Assembly: GCA_964016885.1 (NCBI GenBank)
Contig: OZ024742.1
Span: 124,868,001-124,932,000 of the forward strand
Length of the DNA stretch: 64,000 nucleotides
Origin: Eledone cirrhosa
Lineage: Eukaryota
Reading direction: 5' to 3'
The notes beneath the pieces were generated by a model, which had not been told where the DNA came from, did no database searches, and saw only the letters and a list, made by a program, of their open reading frames with translations. Each line of letters opens with the position of its first letter. The first letter of the stretch is position 1. Below, piece by piece: positions 42,456 to 57,912 of the stretch. Position numbers and translations under genes: made by a program.

Positions 42456-42635
42456 TAGAGTTATAGGATGAATTTAGAAAAATAATATATGCCTCATTAC
42501 GAATGTAAACTTGGTTAGCACGCTGAAACAAGTTTTGCTAGATACGCGTTCAAAACATCTTATTCGGTGAGTAATTTTAAACATACAGTAGGATATAATT
42601 TTATAATTTTTTACTGACCGTATCAAAAACATTTC

Positions 42636-42724
42636 ATCTCTCGGACAGATTCGAGAATTAATCTGTTTCGCCCTGAAACTTGTGTTTGTAACAGATAATC
42701 TGTAGGCTATCATCAGCGAGAGAT
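42636..42724 (-). ncRNA. Hammerhead ribozyme, monomer-type, intact
   Basis: Minus: atctctcg CTGATGA ta gcc...ggc GAAAC AGATT aattctcg AATCT GTC cgagagat; 8-bp stem I; 7-bp stem III. Confidence 0.82.
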
Positions 42725-43041
42725 TAGATCAAATGAAACAACACACATCTAACAGTAACAGGAGGAGTAACAATATGCTCCTCGTTGGCTGCACGCTATA
42801 CGGTATATGAGTGGTTATGCTAGAAATAATAGCCTTATTACACTCAATTTATAAGCTCACCTAGATAGGGAGCCGAAGTTTAAGATTCAATTTTTAAAAC
42901 ATTTGTGGCATTCTCTACTCTCCTAATTTTAGACACGAAATTTACTGTGTTTATTTATACATATATATTACTATATAATGCTCAGTATTTATACTTTGAG
43001 CTTGTTTAATTGCAGGGTATCATTATGAGTTAATAACTCTG

Positions 43042-43156
<115 letters not shown>

Positions 43157-43440
43157 TAAAATACAGAGTTATTATATATATAAAACTCAACAAGATGCTA
43201 TTCCCACGTTATTTATCTTTCAGGCAAACAGAAATATATTTGGAAAGAAATATATCTTTTATGTTCTAACCATCCAAACTTCTATGTTCTACAATTTCGT
43301 CTCTAAACCGAAGAATTTTAACCAATCCCTTTATGGATAAAATGAACATATTATGCCATTAGTGGTGCTTTATTGTAACAACTAGATTACCCTTCCTTTG
43401 GTAGTATTAGTATTTGTTAATCTGCTTAATTTAACGCACT

Positions 43441-43564
<124 letters not shown>

Positions 43565-43605
43565 GAAAATAAACCAAAGAAGGCTTCAATACATCAAAAG
43601 TCTTT

Positions 43606-43650
43606 ATTAGCCAACAATGTTTCGTCCTATTAAGGACTCATCAGGGCAAT
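43606..43650 (-). ncRNA. Hammerhead ribozyme, canonical
   Basis: Minus: gcc CTGATGA GTCC ttaata GGAC GAAAC ATT GTT ggc, then taataaa. Confidence 0.85.
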
Positions 43651-44048
43651 TAAAGCTATAAGAAGCACTATCAGCCAATACAAGCCGAAAACTCAGAAGA
43701 ATATGGAGTGTACATAGATTAAATCATAGGAAAATAATCGGGTAAAAATTATCAAGTAAAAAATTATCAAGTGAAAATTGCTAAGGAAGTAAGTAACATT
43801 TTGAACCATATTACAAATATAGTCCAATGCAAAAACTAGAGCTAAAACAGAGGTGGTGATAAAGAGTGGGAATTATTGTACTATATATAATATAATATAA
43901 TATAATATAATATAATATAATATAATAAAACAGAATTAATAATGATAATAATAATAATGTTAAAAGGCCCAATATACATATATATATATAAATTATTAAA
44001 AAAATAATGAATAAACAAAGAAACAGTTCCTTATATTAAACAAAAAAG

Positions 44049-44190
44049 TTCATTATTTTACGATCGTTTCTAGGACATATATGTGTTAGAATAGGTATGC
44101 ATATTCAAAAGATCTATGTACAAAATTATACAAACTATCAGAGAGAATATACATACCTTCACATATATATGCTGTCTTCAGAAATAATGA
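44049..44190 (-). ncRNA. Hammerhead ribozyme (homologue of 23051), GUA cleavage triplet
   Basis: Minus: tcattattt CTGAAGA cagcatatatatgtg...cacatatatgtccta GAAAC GATC GTA aaataatga. Confidence 0.78.
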
Positions 44191-44448
44191 TGCTAGTTTA
44201 TTGATATTAACGACAATTCAAAATAATAGGTCTGTTTGGGAACAGATTTTAAATAGACCAATGAAATAAGGATTGAGATACATAAAAATTTATCAAGAAA
44301 ATACAGTTAGGTGTGTGTATATGTATGTAAATACGCTCACAGATGTGCATAAAAATGTATACTCATATGTATACGTATTTTGAAAAAGTGTATGTAAATA
44401 TAAAAATTTAGGGCTAATGTATCCATATGTCTATAATCAACAGACAGA

Positions 44449-44563
<115 letters not shown>

Positions 44564-45040
44564 CACACACATTATTATTATAAATATATGGATATTGAGG
44601 CGCTCACATAAACACGCCCACACACACTTACATTTAGATGCGGAAGTAAGAGAGGTAAGGGAATATAGTAATTAAAGGAAAGTGTCAATCTCGACATACT
44701 TATAAAAGTGTATCCATAAATTAGAAATAAAAAAAAATGTTTATGGAAGGAAAAACTAAAAATAAAGAAGACAAAAAAGACAAAAAAAGGGGGGGTTGGT
44801 ACATACATACACAGACACGCAGGTCTCACAAAAGAAATATAAAAAAACATAAAGGAGAGACATAAAATATACATGCTTATATACACACGCACATTTAAAC
44901 ATCCATACGTTCGATACATACATACGTACACACACACACATACACATACTTACGCTCACGCATATTGACCTGTTTGTATGCACACACATAAAAATAAGTA
45001 AAACATATATCCATACATATAAATATACACCCATATATAC

Positions 45041-45071
<31 letters not shown>

Positions 45072-45234
45072 TACCCATGTATATATACACACAACCACAC
45101 ACACACACACACACTCAGACATACATATATATAGAGACATACACACACATATATACACAGTCAGACACATATACACATATATACACATACATACACACAT
45201 CTCTACACATACATATACATACATATATATACAT

Positions 45235-45359
<125 letters not shown>

Positions 45360-46739
45360 CATACATATATATACATATACATGCGCACATATGTATTTTT
45401 ATACTCACATACAAACACACAAACATACATACACACTTACATACACAAACACACACCCACGCTTACAAATACATATAATTATTGGGGGAGGGAAGGGGGA
45501 TTAAATTTATTAGTGGGAAATAGTAAATATATAGGTTTCAAGGAACTTAGAATACTAATCTGCCGTTAAATCATTATGTGTGTTTACTTAGTGGTATCAG
45601 TTTTAGGAAAAGTTATTTGTAAGAAGGAAGGCTAAATTATGCATTTTAATATAAGTAGAATATTAATTATAGGTTAACTAAAATAAAAATAGTTAATATA
45701 TTAATTTCTAAGGTGTATACTAATTAGGTTTATAGTATTTAAAGCGGAATTTTGAAGTTAAACAGTAGTAGAGTATTAATTATAGCATAACTAAATTAAA
45801 AATAATTACAAATATTTACATGATGGTATCAATTTTAGGAAATGAATTTTGTAAGAGGGAAAAATTATGTATTTTAATATAAGTAGAATATTAATTATAG
45901 GTTAACTAAAATAAAAATAGTTAATATATTAATTTCTAAGGTGTATACTAATTAGGTTTATAGTATTTAAAGCGGAATTTTGAAGTTAAACAGTAGTAGA
46001 GTATTAATTATAGCATAACTAAATTAAAAATAATTACATATATTTACATGATAGTATCAATTTTAGGAAATGAATTTTGTAAGAGGGAAAGCCAAATTAA
46101 GTATTTCATCGGTAGTAGATTATTAATTATAGGTTAACTAAATTAAAAATTATATATTAATTTCTATAGTATATGTTAATTAGGTTTATAATAATTAAAT
46201 CAAAATTTTGTATTTTATCTATAGTAGAATTTTAATTATAGGTTAACTAAATTAAAATTAATCTATATATTAATTTGTAAAGTGTATATTAATTAGGTAT
46301 ATATTTAAAAGTTTTTCTCAGTTTATGATTACAGGATATTTTGCATTTCATCTGTATTAGAATTTTAATTATAAGCTAACTAAATTAAAATTTTATGTTA
46401 ACTAAATTAAAATTAGTTTATATATTAATTTCTAAATTGTATATTAATTAGGTTTATAATATTAAAAAGTATTTCTCCGTTTTTAATTACACGATATTTT
46501 GTTGTATTTCATCTGTAAAAGAATTTTAATAATAGGTTAAATAAACTAAAATTAATCTATATATTAATTTCCAAAGTATATATTAATTAGGTTAATAATA
46601 TTTAAATGTTTTTCTCAGTTTATGATTATACGATATTTTTTAATTTCATCTGTAGTAGAATTTTAATTAAATTAAAATTATAGGTTAACTACATTAAAAT
46701 TAATTTATATGTTAATTTCTAAAATATATATTATTATTA

Positions 46740-48842
46740 ATTAGGTTTATAATATTTAAATGTTTTTCTCAGTTTATGATTACACGATATTATTAATTAC
46801 TGTCGCTTATTTAATAGGATATCCTTAGATTTTATTATTTCAAATAGTTCTTGGGAACACAATCTACATTCATTTCTATTATTTTGATAAGGGGTGGCTC
46901 TTTTGAGCACACTCCAGGTCATATCATATTCTATATTCTTATTTCTATAACTATTAATTTTTTCTGCTAGAGATGTTGTATTAGCCAGTGCGGTATTTTT
47001 AAAACTATGTTTGTGGGTATTAAATCTTAACTTAAAATTGTTAGAAGTAGCTCCTATATATGAGCAAATAGAATCCTTAGTTTTAACTTTACATTTATAT
47101 ACTATGTTGTTAACAAGACAATTTCCTTTTAATGGGCAGTTTGCCTTGTTTCTACAGTTACAACCTTTCGTTAATTCTGTATTTGAGGAGATATTATGGC
47201 TAGTTTGATGTACTGGTGGTATACTTATGGTTTTTTTACACTTATATGGATTATAGGCACTTATATTTTGTTTTATGTTTTTGGTTGTTGAATATGAGAA
47301 TTTAACTGTTGATCTATTTAAGATTTGATGGTATTTGTGGTTTGGCGGGAAGTTTTTCTCTAGGATATTAAAATTTTTTTTAGGTATATTATCCTTAATT
47401 TGTAAATTAAATGGAGCATTATACCAAGTGACTCGTCTATTACGGTTTCTATGTTGTTTATTGTTTTTATAGGATGCATCCTGATGTTTACTAGGAGGAT
47501 TATTATTAATGACCTCTCCACGCACGGTTTTAATTAGATTTATTGATTTAGGTGTTTTAGCTTGTTTATTAGGAGTTTTATTATTAACATTTATTAGAGT
47601 TGTATTATGAGTAGTTTTTTGAGAGTTACTATACTTTATATTAGAGGAGTTAGAGAAATTTAGTTTTATGTTGGTATTTTGGGGTATAGTGTGAGTGGCA
47701 TTTAGGTGTGTACGTTTCATTTGGTGTTTGTTGGTAATATTAGGTTGTATGTTTATAGTGTTATTGGTAGAAGGTATATATTCCAATCTATTTTTGTGGC
47801 CACTTCTAGCTAGAGCTTCGTTATAGAAGGTCGCATTTTTTATCAAATACATCTTGGTTAGACGAAAGGTTAGAAATTCTAAGTGATATATTATATGCAA
47901 GGTTTTTAAGGATATATTTAGGGTGATTAGATTGTGAGTGTATGTAGTGTAAGTTTTGGTTGGGTTTATGGTAAGGTTGGTAGATACCCGTAGCCAAGTC
48001 TAAAGTTATATCTAGGAAATTAACTACTTTACTTGTGTTTTCAAAAGTAATATCTAGACTATAATAGTCTTTAAGGAAAGTTCTAATAAGCTTTTTGTTT
48101 TTTTCTATTTCTGAGAGGCTAAGGTTGTTGGAAAGAAGAAGACAGTCATCACGATATAAACCACCTTTAAGGTGGGGAAAGGAAGCATTTATGTTAAAAA
48201 GAAGAAAGAGGCCCACAAGATCAGTAATTTGGGCAGAATCGCTTGAGCCCATAGTAATATCAAATAGATTACTATATGTGTTTCTGGTCCAGTATTCATT
48301 CTGAAATTCAATAAGTGTTAGTCTAGCATGTGTAATAATATTAATGTCATCCAAAGTTAAGTTAGATCTATTTTTAGCAAATATCAAAGCTTTGTTCAGG
48401 AGTATAGGTGATATAGAAGAATAGTAATTATCTATATCAAATTGTAGAAATGAAGCAGAAGATTTACATCTAATATTATTAAACCAGTTAATTACCTGGG
48501 AAGTGTTTTCCCAGAGTGGTAAATTAACATGTTTTCTTATTTGTAGGATGACTCTATCTAAAAAATTTTTGCTAATTATTCCAATATCTGATTTGGGGGA
48601 ACATATAAGTCTTATAGAAGGATTAGAGTTAAAGTTTGATTTATGATCTTTCGGGTTGAAGTGTGGTCTTTTCAATGCCAAAGGTTCAGTTCTATCTTCA
48701 ATATTTAGTTTATTCACTATGTTGTGTGTTTTGTTGTTGATGTTGGTGAGTGACGCATTATTAGTTTTTCTATAATTTTTCCTGAGTTCTTTATATATGA
48801 ACTCATTGTAATTTTCAATATCCATGTGATATAGGTTACCAT
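46740..48842 (-). pseudogene. PLE RT (47821-48840) and GIY-YIG (46797-47900), split by a frameshift
   Basis: KDHKSNF..IRLICSPKSDIG, FLQFDIDNYY, FDITMGSSDSAQITDLVG, GGLYRDD, FLDITLDL; CNCRNKANCPLKGNC, YIGAT, CRLC. Confidence 0.93.
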
Positions 48843-49904
48843 ATATATACATATGTACACCTATATACATATATATCAATACACATTTCCATCAATAGAA
48901 GCACAAACTAACCCTTATTAAGAGTTTAAATATAAATAAGAATAATAATAATAAAAATAAAAATAAAAATACAAATGAAAAATACAAATGAAAATAAAAT
49001 TAAAATTTAATACATATAATATTTACAGTATAAAATGAAGAATAAATGATTAAAAGTAAGCATAAAATATATAATAAACTATATAATTATATAATAATAT
49101 AATAGATAATCTCCGGTTAATTTGCACAAACAATATAAATGTTACAATAACATTAAAATCACAATATTATAATATAATGGCATATAACTTAACAAATTAT
49201 ATAGATTTACAGTCAGGATGAGAAAAAACATTGTACAGAACTAAACTATATTGGAAAAATTATGTTGGAAAAATATCAAAACCATTGCAAGAAAATAGAT
49301 CAAATTTCTATACAGTTGGTGTAAATAAATATTATCCAAACATTACAAGAATTATAAAAATATAAACATATTACAGGATTTACAGAATTTAACATAACAT
49401 AATGGTACATATAATAATGATCAGTAGTACGTTTACAAAGAGTGGAATGATATAAAATTTCAATATAAAATATTGAACATAGTATAATATACATGATTAC
49501 ATGGTTGGTGGAGAGACATTTGTGAATAAGTGAATCAGAGCCAGACAGACAGACTATGCACGGTAGTATATATAAATAAATAAATACAATCAACCGGAAA
49601 TCGAAAAACAAAAACAAAAGTATTTACTTAGGTATCGCATCCAGTTAAGTAAAACATTTTGGAAACCAAACCCGGATAAATGACTAGAAAACCCTATTAA
49701 ATTAATTAATATTGAAAGTAGTTAAAATACATAGTAAGTCCATACAAAATTAGCTATCGTTTAAGTAATCAAAATCCCCGAATTTAAATATATCACTATA
49801 AAAATATATATCTGGAAAAAATGAAATATTCAACTATCAGTTGAATAACGTTATCTAATAAACAGACTTTAAATAGAGTTACGGTAGGCCAATGGGGACA
49901 GTAA

Positions 49905-50239
49905 AAAGAAATGTATGGAGGATATGAAACAGCATAAAATCATAATCAGCATACTGTATTATACAATAGAAAGGAGCGTAAAAGAGAATTGGATATAATT
50001 ATAGTATATTTGAAGGGGCGATTATATATTTTATTTTATTTTATATTATTCTATTTTATTTTATTTGGATTCTTCTTTGGATAACTAACCTCCCCCCCCC
50101 CACACACACACATACTTGTCACTCGCCCCTTCAAAAATACTATAATTATATCCAATTCCCTTTTAGGCTCCTTTCTATTGTATAATACAGTATGTTGATT
50201 ATGATTTTATGCTCTTTCATATCCTCCATACATTTCTTT
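49905..50239. repeat. ~115-bp inverted repeat (49905-50021 / 50123-50239)
   Basis: aaagaaatgtatggaggatatgaaa... is the reverse complement of ...tttcatatcctccatacatttcttt. Confidence 0.85.
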
Positions 50240-50435
50240 AAAATGAAAACACACACGCACATAGAACAAACAACCAACCGGTAACATGTAAAAAAACAAA
50301 TTAATAAACAAATATAAACACACACAGACACCCGGATGTAACACATGCGCAAACTAAGCATACAACACAGACACAAACAAGATGGCGTAGGACAGAACAA
50401 AGGAGAGGCACAAAAACAAACAAAAAAGAATCCCA

Positions 50436-50478
50436 GTCACTGAAGAGGTCACATAATGTGTGACGAAAGAACTTTGAC
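50436..50478 (+). ncRNA. Hammerhead ribozyme
   Basis: gtca CTGAAGA g gtcaca taatg tgtgac GAAA gaac TT tgac; a degenerate paralogue lies at 28620-28661. Confidence 0.72.
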
Positions 50479-50571
50479 AATATATTGAAGTGAAAGCAAC
50501 TGGTGCGTATGTTTCGTATTGGCAACATGACCTTCCCAAAGTATAACAATATATATATATATATATATATA

Positions 50572-53230
50572 TGATAGAAGTCCTTGACAAACTGGACCAG
50601 GGTCGCAACATTCTACTGCTGGGAGACTTTTACCTGCAAAATGTCAAATGGCCTGGGGGCCACCACCTCCCTAGAGTGACGTTAATAGAACAGAGACAGA
50701 CAGAATCCCTGCTGGCCCTCACACACAGGCTGTTCATGGAACAAGCAGTACTCCTCCCAACAAGAGGCTAAAATGTCCTGGACCTCTGTTTTACAAACAA
50801 CGAAGTGCTCATCCAAAATGTAAAGGTGACACCAACAATTTTCTCGGATCATAACTTATTAGAACTAATGATATGTGGTCCGAGAGAACCAACAGAGACA
50901 CAATCATCAAGAAGCACCGGGACGTTATCCAGCCTAACTTATACAAGGCTAACTGGAAAAAGATCAAGAGAAAAATCTGGAAGCAAATATGGAGCGAAAA
51001 CACCGCCACAGAAGACACCAACACATAATTTCAACACTTCATGACAACGATACACACTATATGCAAAAGGTTTGTCCCGGAGAAAAAGGCAAACAGACAA
51101 AAAAATCTTATTCCCAGAGATAGGAAAATCCTCATGAGACGTAGAACCAAGCTCTCAAACCAGTTGAATGCACAACAAGAAAACAAAAACAAGAAGAAAC
51201 CCTATTTGAAACGTGCACTACTTGATACCGAGGTTGCACTCAAACCTTCCCATGAAAATGAGAGGGCAAAGAAAGAAAGCAGGGCCTTAGAAAATATTAA
51301 AACAAACCCTAAGGCATTCTTTAAATTTGCAAAAGAAACTGCCTCGGTACACTGCAAGATTGGGCCACTCTTCCTTACAGACGGTTCATTAATCGAGAAT
51401 CTCCAAGAGATATGTGAGATACTGAATGAGCATTAAAAAAGTGTGTTCACATGTCCACTGAAGCACATGCAAATAACAAAGACAGAGGAGTTCTTTGATG
51501 CCACAACACTACATGATAAAATGGCGACCATCAACCACATAGACATAACGGAGGAGGATGTGGTATACGCTATAGATGAAATTAGAACAGACTCAGTTGC
51601 TGGATCTGATGGATTCACAGCAGTCCTCTTGAAAACATGTAACCGAGCCTTAGCAACTCCACTGAAGAGGTTCTTCAGAAGCTCCTTGGCTAGCGGTATT
51701 CTACCCAGGGAGCTGAAAAAAGGCACAATACGCCCTATCCATAAAGGAGGTAGCAGAGCCGAGGCCAAAAGCTATAGACCATTCTCCCTGACTTCACATA
51801 TCAGTAAGATCATGGAGCGAGTTGTTAGAAAGACACTGATCACTTCCCTCGAGGAAAATGACCACCTGTTAGCACGCAGCATGGCTTCCGCCCAGAAAGA
51901 AGCTGCCTTATACAGCTGCTACATCACTACGACTGGGTGCTGAAACAACTACTGGACAACTAACATGTGGACGTGATATATCTTGATTTTGCGAAGGCCT
52001 TTGACAAAGTCGACCACGGAATGATATGTCACAAACTACACGGACTCAGCATAACTGGAAAAGTAGGTGCGTGGCTGCATGACTGCTTAAAGGACAGAAG
52101 CCAGACAGTCGCAGAAAACGAGGCCCTCTCAGAGGAAACATCAATAACAAGTGGGGTGCCCCAAGGAACAGTCCTGGGACTGTTTTTGATGGCTCTCCTA
52201 GACATGCCATCTGTAGTACATACAACAACATCCCTCAGTAGCTATGCTGATGACGCTAAGGTAGCACAGGCAATCAAAAACCCGGCTCACGCTGCCGTTT
52301 TGCAAAAAGATCTGGATGCCATATACAAATGGGCGGAAGAAAACAACATGCAGTTTAATGCTGGCAGATTCCAAGCCCTACAATACAAACCTGCAAACAC
52401 AAATACAGTACAACACAGCTATGTAGGACCAAGATGGGCTGATATCCCCGTGTCAAAATCGATACGAGACCTGGGTATATGCATGAGCGATGATGCATCT
52501 TTTTCCTCACACATCATGAAAGTGGCGACAATGTGCAGACCACTCGCTGGTTGGATCTGGCGGTCTCTCCGGACAAGAGACCGTGACAGCATGTTGACAC
52601 TATGAAGGACATTTGTCCTAAGCCTCCTGGTCTATTGTTCCCAATTGTGGTCACCCCATAGTGTCAAACTAACCAAGGATCTTGAGGCAATTCAACGAAG
52701 CTACACCAATAGGATTGCCACGATGAAGGAGATAAGCTACTGGGAGTGGCTAAAAGAACTGAACCTCTACTCCTTGGAACGAAGACGGGAGAGATACGCA
52801 GTGATCTACATGTGGAACATCCAGGAGGGACTAGCACCAAACTGGCATTGGGAGCTGGACCAACCGTCGAACAGGACGTCACTGTGTAGTGCCAAAGGTC
52901 CCGTCTTCCACATTTAGAATAAGGAGCAGATATTGCAATAGCCTGGGATTCAAGGGCCCTCAACTCTTCAACAAGCTGCCGAGGGATCTGAGAGATATGC
53001 ATGGTGTGGAGGTGGATGTCTTCAAGAAACATCTCGACACCTTGCTATCCAGGATCCCGGATGAGCCCACAGCAAGGCACGAGGGAAACCTAATGGCAGC
53101 AAGCAGCAACAACCTACCTCTTACACCAGTGGCCAACCGATAGATGCTGGAGATAAAATTCGTAGCAACAAAGGCGGTGCCCCAGCATGGCCTCAGCCGG
53201 ATGGCTGGAACAGGTAAAAGAGTAAAAGAG
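50572..53230 (+). mobile_element. 5'-truncated, decayed CR1-group LINE (APE endonuclease end + RT) in (TA)n
   Basis: LLLGDFYL, PTRG*NVLDLCFTN, SDHNL, YRPFSLTSHISKIMER, DVIYLDFAKAFDKVDH, SGVPQGTVLG, SYADDAK, LYSLERRRERY. Tail ggcggtgccccagcatggcc...(gtaaaaga)2. Multiple stops and frameshifts. Confidence 0.93.
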
Positions 53231-53724
53231 TATATATATAGGTATATATATATTGGTACGTTAAATATTAGCAAAGGAAGAGAACTGTAGTTGTTACAAT
53301 AAAGCAACAGTGAAGGCATAATATGTTCTTGAATTGTATTCATAAAGAGATTGGTTAAAATTCTTCGCTTTACAGACGAAATTGTAGAACATAGAAATTT
53401 GGATGGTTAGAACATAAAAAATATATTTCTAACGTTATTTCTGTATGCCTGAATAGCGTTTTGTTGAGTTTTATATGCAAGGACAATTCTTATGGAGTTG
53501 AACTACGATCAAAGGAATATCAGTCACACCCGTACCACAATTCCTGTAATTCTGTATACAATTAACAAAATCTTCTCTCATTGTCTAATGTGACTTAACC
53601 TTTTTAAGACAATAGGATATAAGCTGAAATATATTTGGGCACTAGTAGATCCACCGAACACGAAAACTTATCCACATGTTTATGTCGGTAATGGGTAACA
53701 AGTAGGAATTATGATGCCTTAAGT

Positions 53725-54031
53725 CAGTCATGGGCAACCTGTGGCCCACGGGTCGTTTGCAGCCCGCGAAGCTTTCTGAATGGCTCGCCTAAGCCACCTA
53801 ATGAAATCTTTCTGATTTTTTTACCCAACATTTTCAGTTGTAATTTATCTTTCTATCATTTTTACGTTCGAGGACAATAACGTGTACGAATTCTGAAGAA
53901 ACAAATCAAAACAACCTGAGTTACAACCCTTTTTTTTATGTGGGCAAGAATGTAAATTAGCGCTTGCGACCTGCCTGACGATGAACCATATCTCATGCGG
54001 CCCATTTCTCGAATAAGGTTGCCCATGCCTG
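53725..54031. mobile_element. Non-autonomous hAT (Charlie/Buster-type) MITE, 307 bp
   Basis: TIRs cagtcatgggcaacct / aggttgcccatgcctg; 8-bp TSD ccttaagt / ccttaaat with central TA; subterminal gcggccc-like motifs. Confidence 0.88.
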
Positions 54032-54677
54032 CCTTAAATCAATCAATTTTTACATAAAGAAAAGAGGAGTGTCCAGTGGATAGATTCTTGATGTTTAAAT
54101 CTCGATTCCTGATTCCTCTGGAATGAGGAATTTCACTTGGAATTATGTACTCGCTTAGAATTGGAACATTAAATAAAAGATAAAGGATTGTGCACCGGAT
54201 GACTCTGCTACCTGCAGAATTATATCAAAATGTTTCAGTCTCTTATAGCACTTGGTGAATGTTTACTATTATTTCTCTTTGCGGTTCAGTGGTAATAAAC
54301 AGATGTGTAGCCACAGATTGGGGCAACCGACTGTATTTAGATTCACAACACAGGTCTATTTTGACTGCTTCCTACGAATTGAATTCGCCAAAGCAAAAAC
54401 TATCAAAGCGAGGTTTGGTAATTTCTTGTTTTAGTTGTTGTTTTTTCATCCATATAACCAAACATTTACATCGAAAATTTATTTGACATAAAAACAAACA
54501 AATGCACACAATATTTGACAGGAAGACGCACACATACAAATATCAGCTCACGGACGATGTCATCCTCCCATTACTTCCGGCAGATATAAATAGACTACCA
54601 CATGTAAACAAAAAAAAGTAAGTTGGTGTGTCTGTAACAACAAAAACATAAATCTTCGGACCAGTTTCTTATCCTAA

Positions 54678-54716
54678 TCTTCTGATGAAAGGGGTTTTAC
54701 ACCCGAAATGGTAAGA
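54678..54716 (+). ncRNA. Degenerate minimal hammerhead
   Basis: tctt CTGATGA aagggg ttttaca ccc GAAA tg GTA aga. Confidence 0.45.
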
Positions 54717-54920
54717 CAGGTAAATAAAATAACAGGTGACACAGTAACATCTTCGTTTCCTTTTATATCGGCCAAAATCTACCGTCCATTTTGCATTGTC
54801 GTAGTATTCGAATAACATACCACTTTATACACTAACACAATGCTTCAAACAAACTACACCACACTGCCCCCACTTTCTCTCTCTCTCTCTCGCTCGCTCT
54901 CACTCTCTCTCTCTCTCTCT

Positions 54921-54959
<39 letters not shown>

Positions 54960-55809
54960 TTTTCTCTCTCTCTCTCACTCACTCACTTCCATATATATAT
55001 ATATATATACACACAAACACATTATAGACATAAGAAAGAGAGATAAAATGTTTGTGTTTGGGTAATATATTTATTAGTTATATTAATCAATCGCACATAT
55101 TGATAATAAAAATGAAAAAAAAAAACTGAATCAAATCAAATTTCTGACGCGTTATTCAGCGAATCCATATTCTTTACCTAATGTGAAATTCTTCATAAGA
55201 TATTTTGAGACAGGAAATATGTTACAGTATATCTTTCATTCTTCGCCTTAGCAAACTCACTGTAAGTTTGAAGTGTAGTACGAAAATTACCTTTGATATC
55301 TTAGTTGTAGAAGAAAGAACATAGCCATCCTTTGAACGACAATAAAAAAGATCAAACAACTGGACAATTTAACAATCTATGAATATATTCAAAGGATGGA
55401 ACTATAAATCGGACTTCAGACATGAATAAAATAAATGAAAAGTAAAAAGTGATAAACAATGTCATGTTCTAATGGCTGTTATCCACACAATTGTAATGAT
55501 TGATATCTACGATGGTCTTGAATCAGATATGATATATCTATATCTATACAGATGTGGACGGTGGAGAATCTGAAATAATTAATCGAAGAGAAACAATATA
55601 TGCGAAGTAAAATGATTATGTGCATATGAAAGATTGCCGTTGTTATTATGTAGACGGATGGAAGCTTCTCATCTTAATCCGCCCGAAGAATTGCTGTGAC
55701 GATGGAATATTCAATGAAACGTTAATGGTTTCTTAACAAAAGCATTAGCTGTACTAATGCAAATGAATACAAGACACGAGACAGAAAGATATACTCACAT
55801 ACACACACC

Positions 55810-56372
<563 letters not shown>

Positions 56373-57207
56373 AAGGGGAAAATCGTTCAAACATATTACA
56401 TTGAAGACAGGAGTGTCCGTGATCAATCTTTTTTATTGTGTGGGTGTGTTGTATATAAATATGCGTATGGAGTTGTATATGTATGTATAGTAATGGGGAG
56501 TGGGGGACTGAGTATAATATTACAATTCTATTGCTGCACATCTCTCGATGTTAAAAATAAAAGTTATAAACATACTTTCCTCTCTTGAGACTGTTATGAA
56601 ATTAAGAGCAATGTAGAAAGTACTATAAGATCAGAATAATAAGCAGTTAATATACGAAGCCCACCATTACAGATTCGACTCCAGTTTTATTTATGTTTGT
56701 TATCTAACAGAACTCTAATCTGTATCACGAAGATCAGTATTCATACGACAGTACAATATAAACCAGCTTGATCAAGGCTGACCTGGGGACAATGAACGAC
56801 AGAATTAACACAGATTTGGTATATAAAATTGTAGATGTTGCGTTAATGAAAACCAGCATTACCATTACCTTACCTAAATCAATTTGAAACGGGTATTGCA
56901 ATTCAGAGGTCTAATTTAATTACGGGTTTACTAAAGTCTCGTATTGAGAATATTCCATGCAGACTTTCAGGACAAGTTGGAGTGAGCTAAAGTTGTGTTT
57001 GTTGTTGTTTAACGTCATATTGTCCTTCACAACCATAACTATTCAGCCAAAGCCTACATAGGATTATATTATGTAATGTATATGTCCGTCTCTTTTCTTT
57101 TTCTTTTCTTTTAAGACAGTTGCTAGCATGGGATTTGAAAGCGATTTTGTAGCCATGTCAAGTTGTACATTGCAAAAGCATTGTAAATGGTTCGCAGATT
57201 ATCAGAA

Positions 57208-57362
57208 AGGCGGTGAATTGACAGAGTCGTTCGAACAAAGGATAGACTGCTTTGTAATATTCGTTCCGGCTCTCTGAGTTAAAATCCCATCATCATTAAC
57301 TTTTCCTTTCTTTCTTTCACACCCGATAAAATAGGTACCAAACCTTAGTACTGGGGTCGATT
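57208..57362 (+). mobile_element. Old tRNA-derived SINE
   Basis: aggcggtgaattgacagagtcgtt...ctgagttaaaatccc...gataaaataggtacca...tactggggtcgat. Confidence 0.7.
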
Positions 57363-57912
57363 CTTCCTCTATATCTCTTTTTCCCGTTCTATCCTTCCAC
57401 GGAATATATATGCAGTACTCAAGCCTAGAGAGGTGTCGCTTCCAACAGGTTTAAAATGCCTAAGAAACTCCGTATTTAAGTACGGTACCCCTAATATTCC
57501 ATCAAGATTTACGGAATCATACCATATCATATCATCAGAACTAAAGCGTAGAAGAAGTTAAACAGTTGTTATGGACAGAACAATGGCAATATCAACAAGC
57601 TAAAGATAAGTATGTAAGCATTATATAGTGAAAATGGTCATCGTTAGCTCCAGTGGCATGGTATATATTCTGAACAATTTATTTTGATATAACTTCGATA
57701 CAATTTGGAAAGAATTTATTTATCTTAGGATTGTATATCTTAGATATCATGAAGATTGATAACGCTCCAACTAATCACCATATACCACATTCAGAAAACA
57801 TATCTTGAAGCAAATTCATGCGTAAAGTTATAAAGATTCTTACGAAAGTCTATTGTGTTCACCATATGTATGTAGCATATGAAGTTTAATTACATGTCTT
57901 GTATATTATGAA

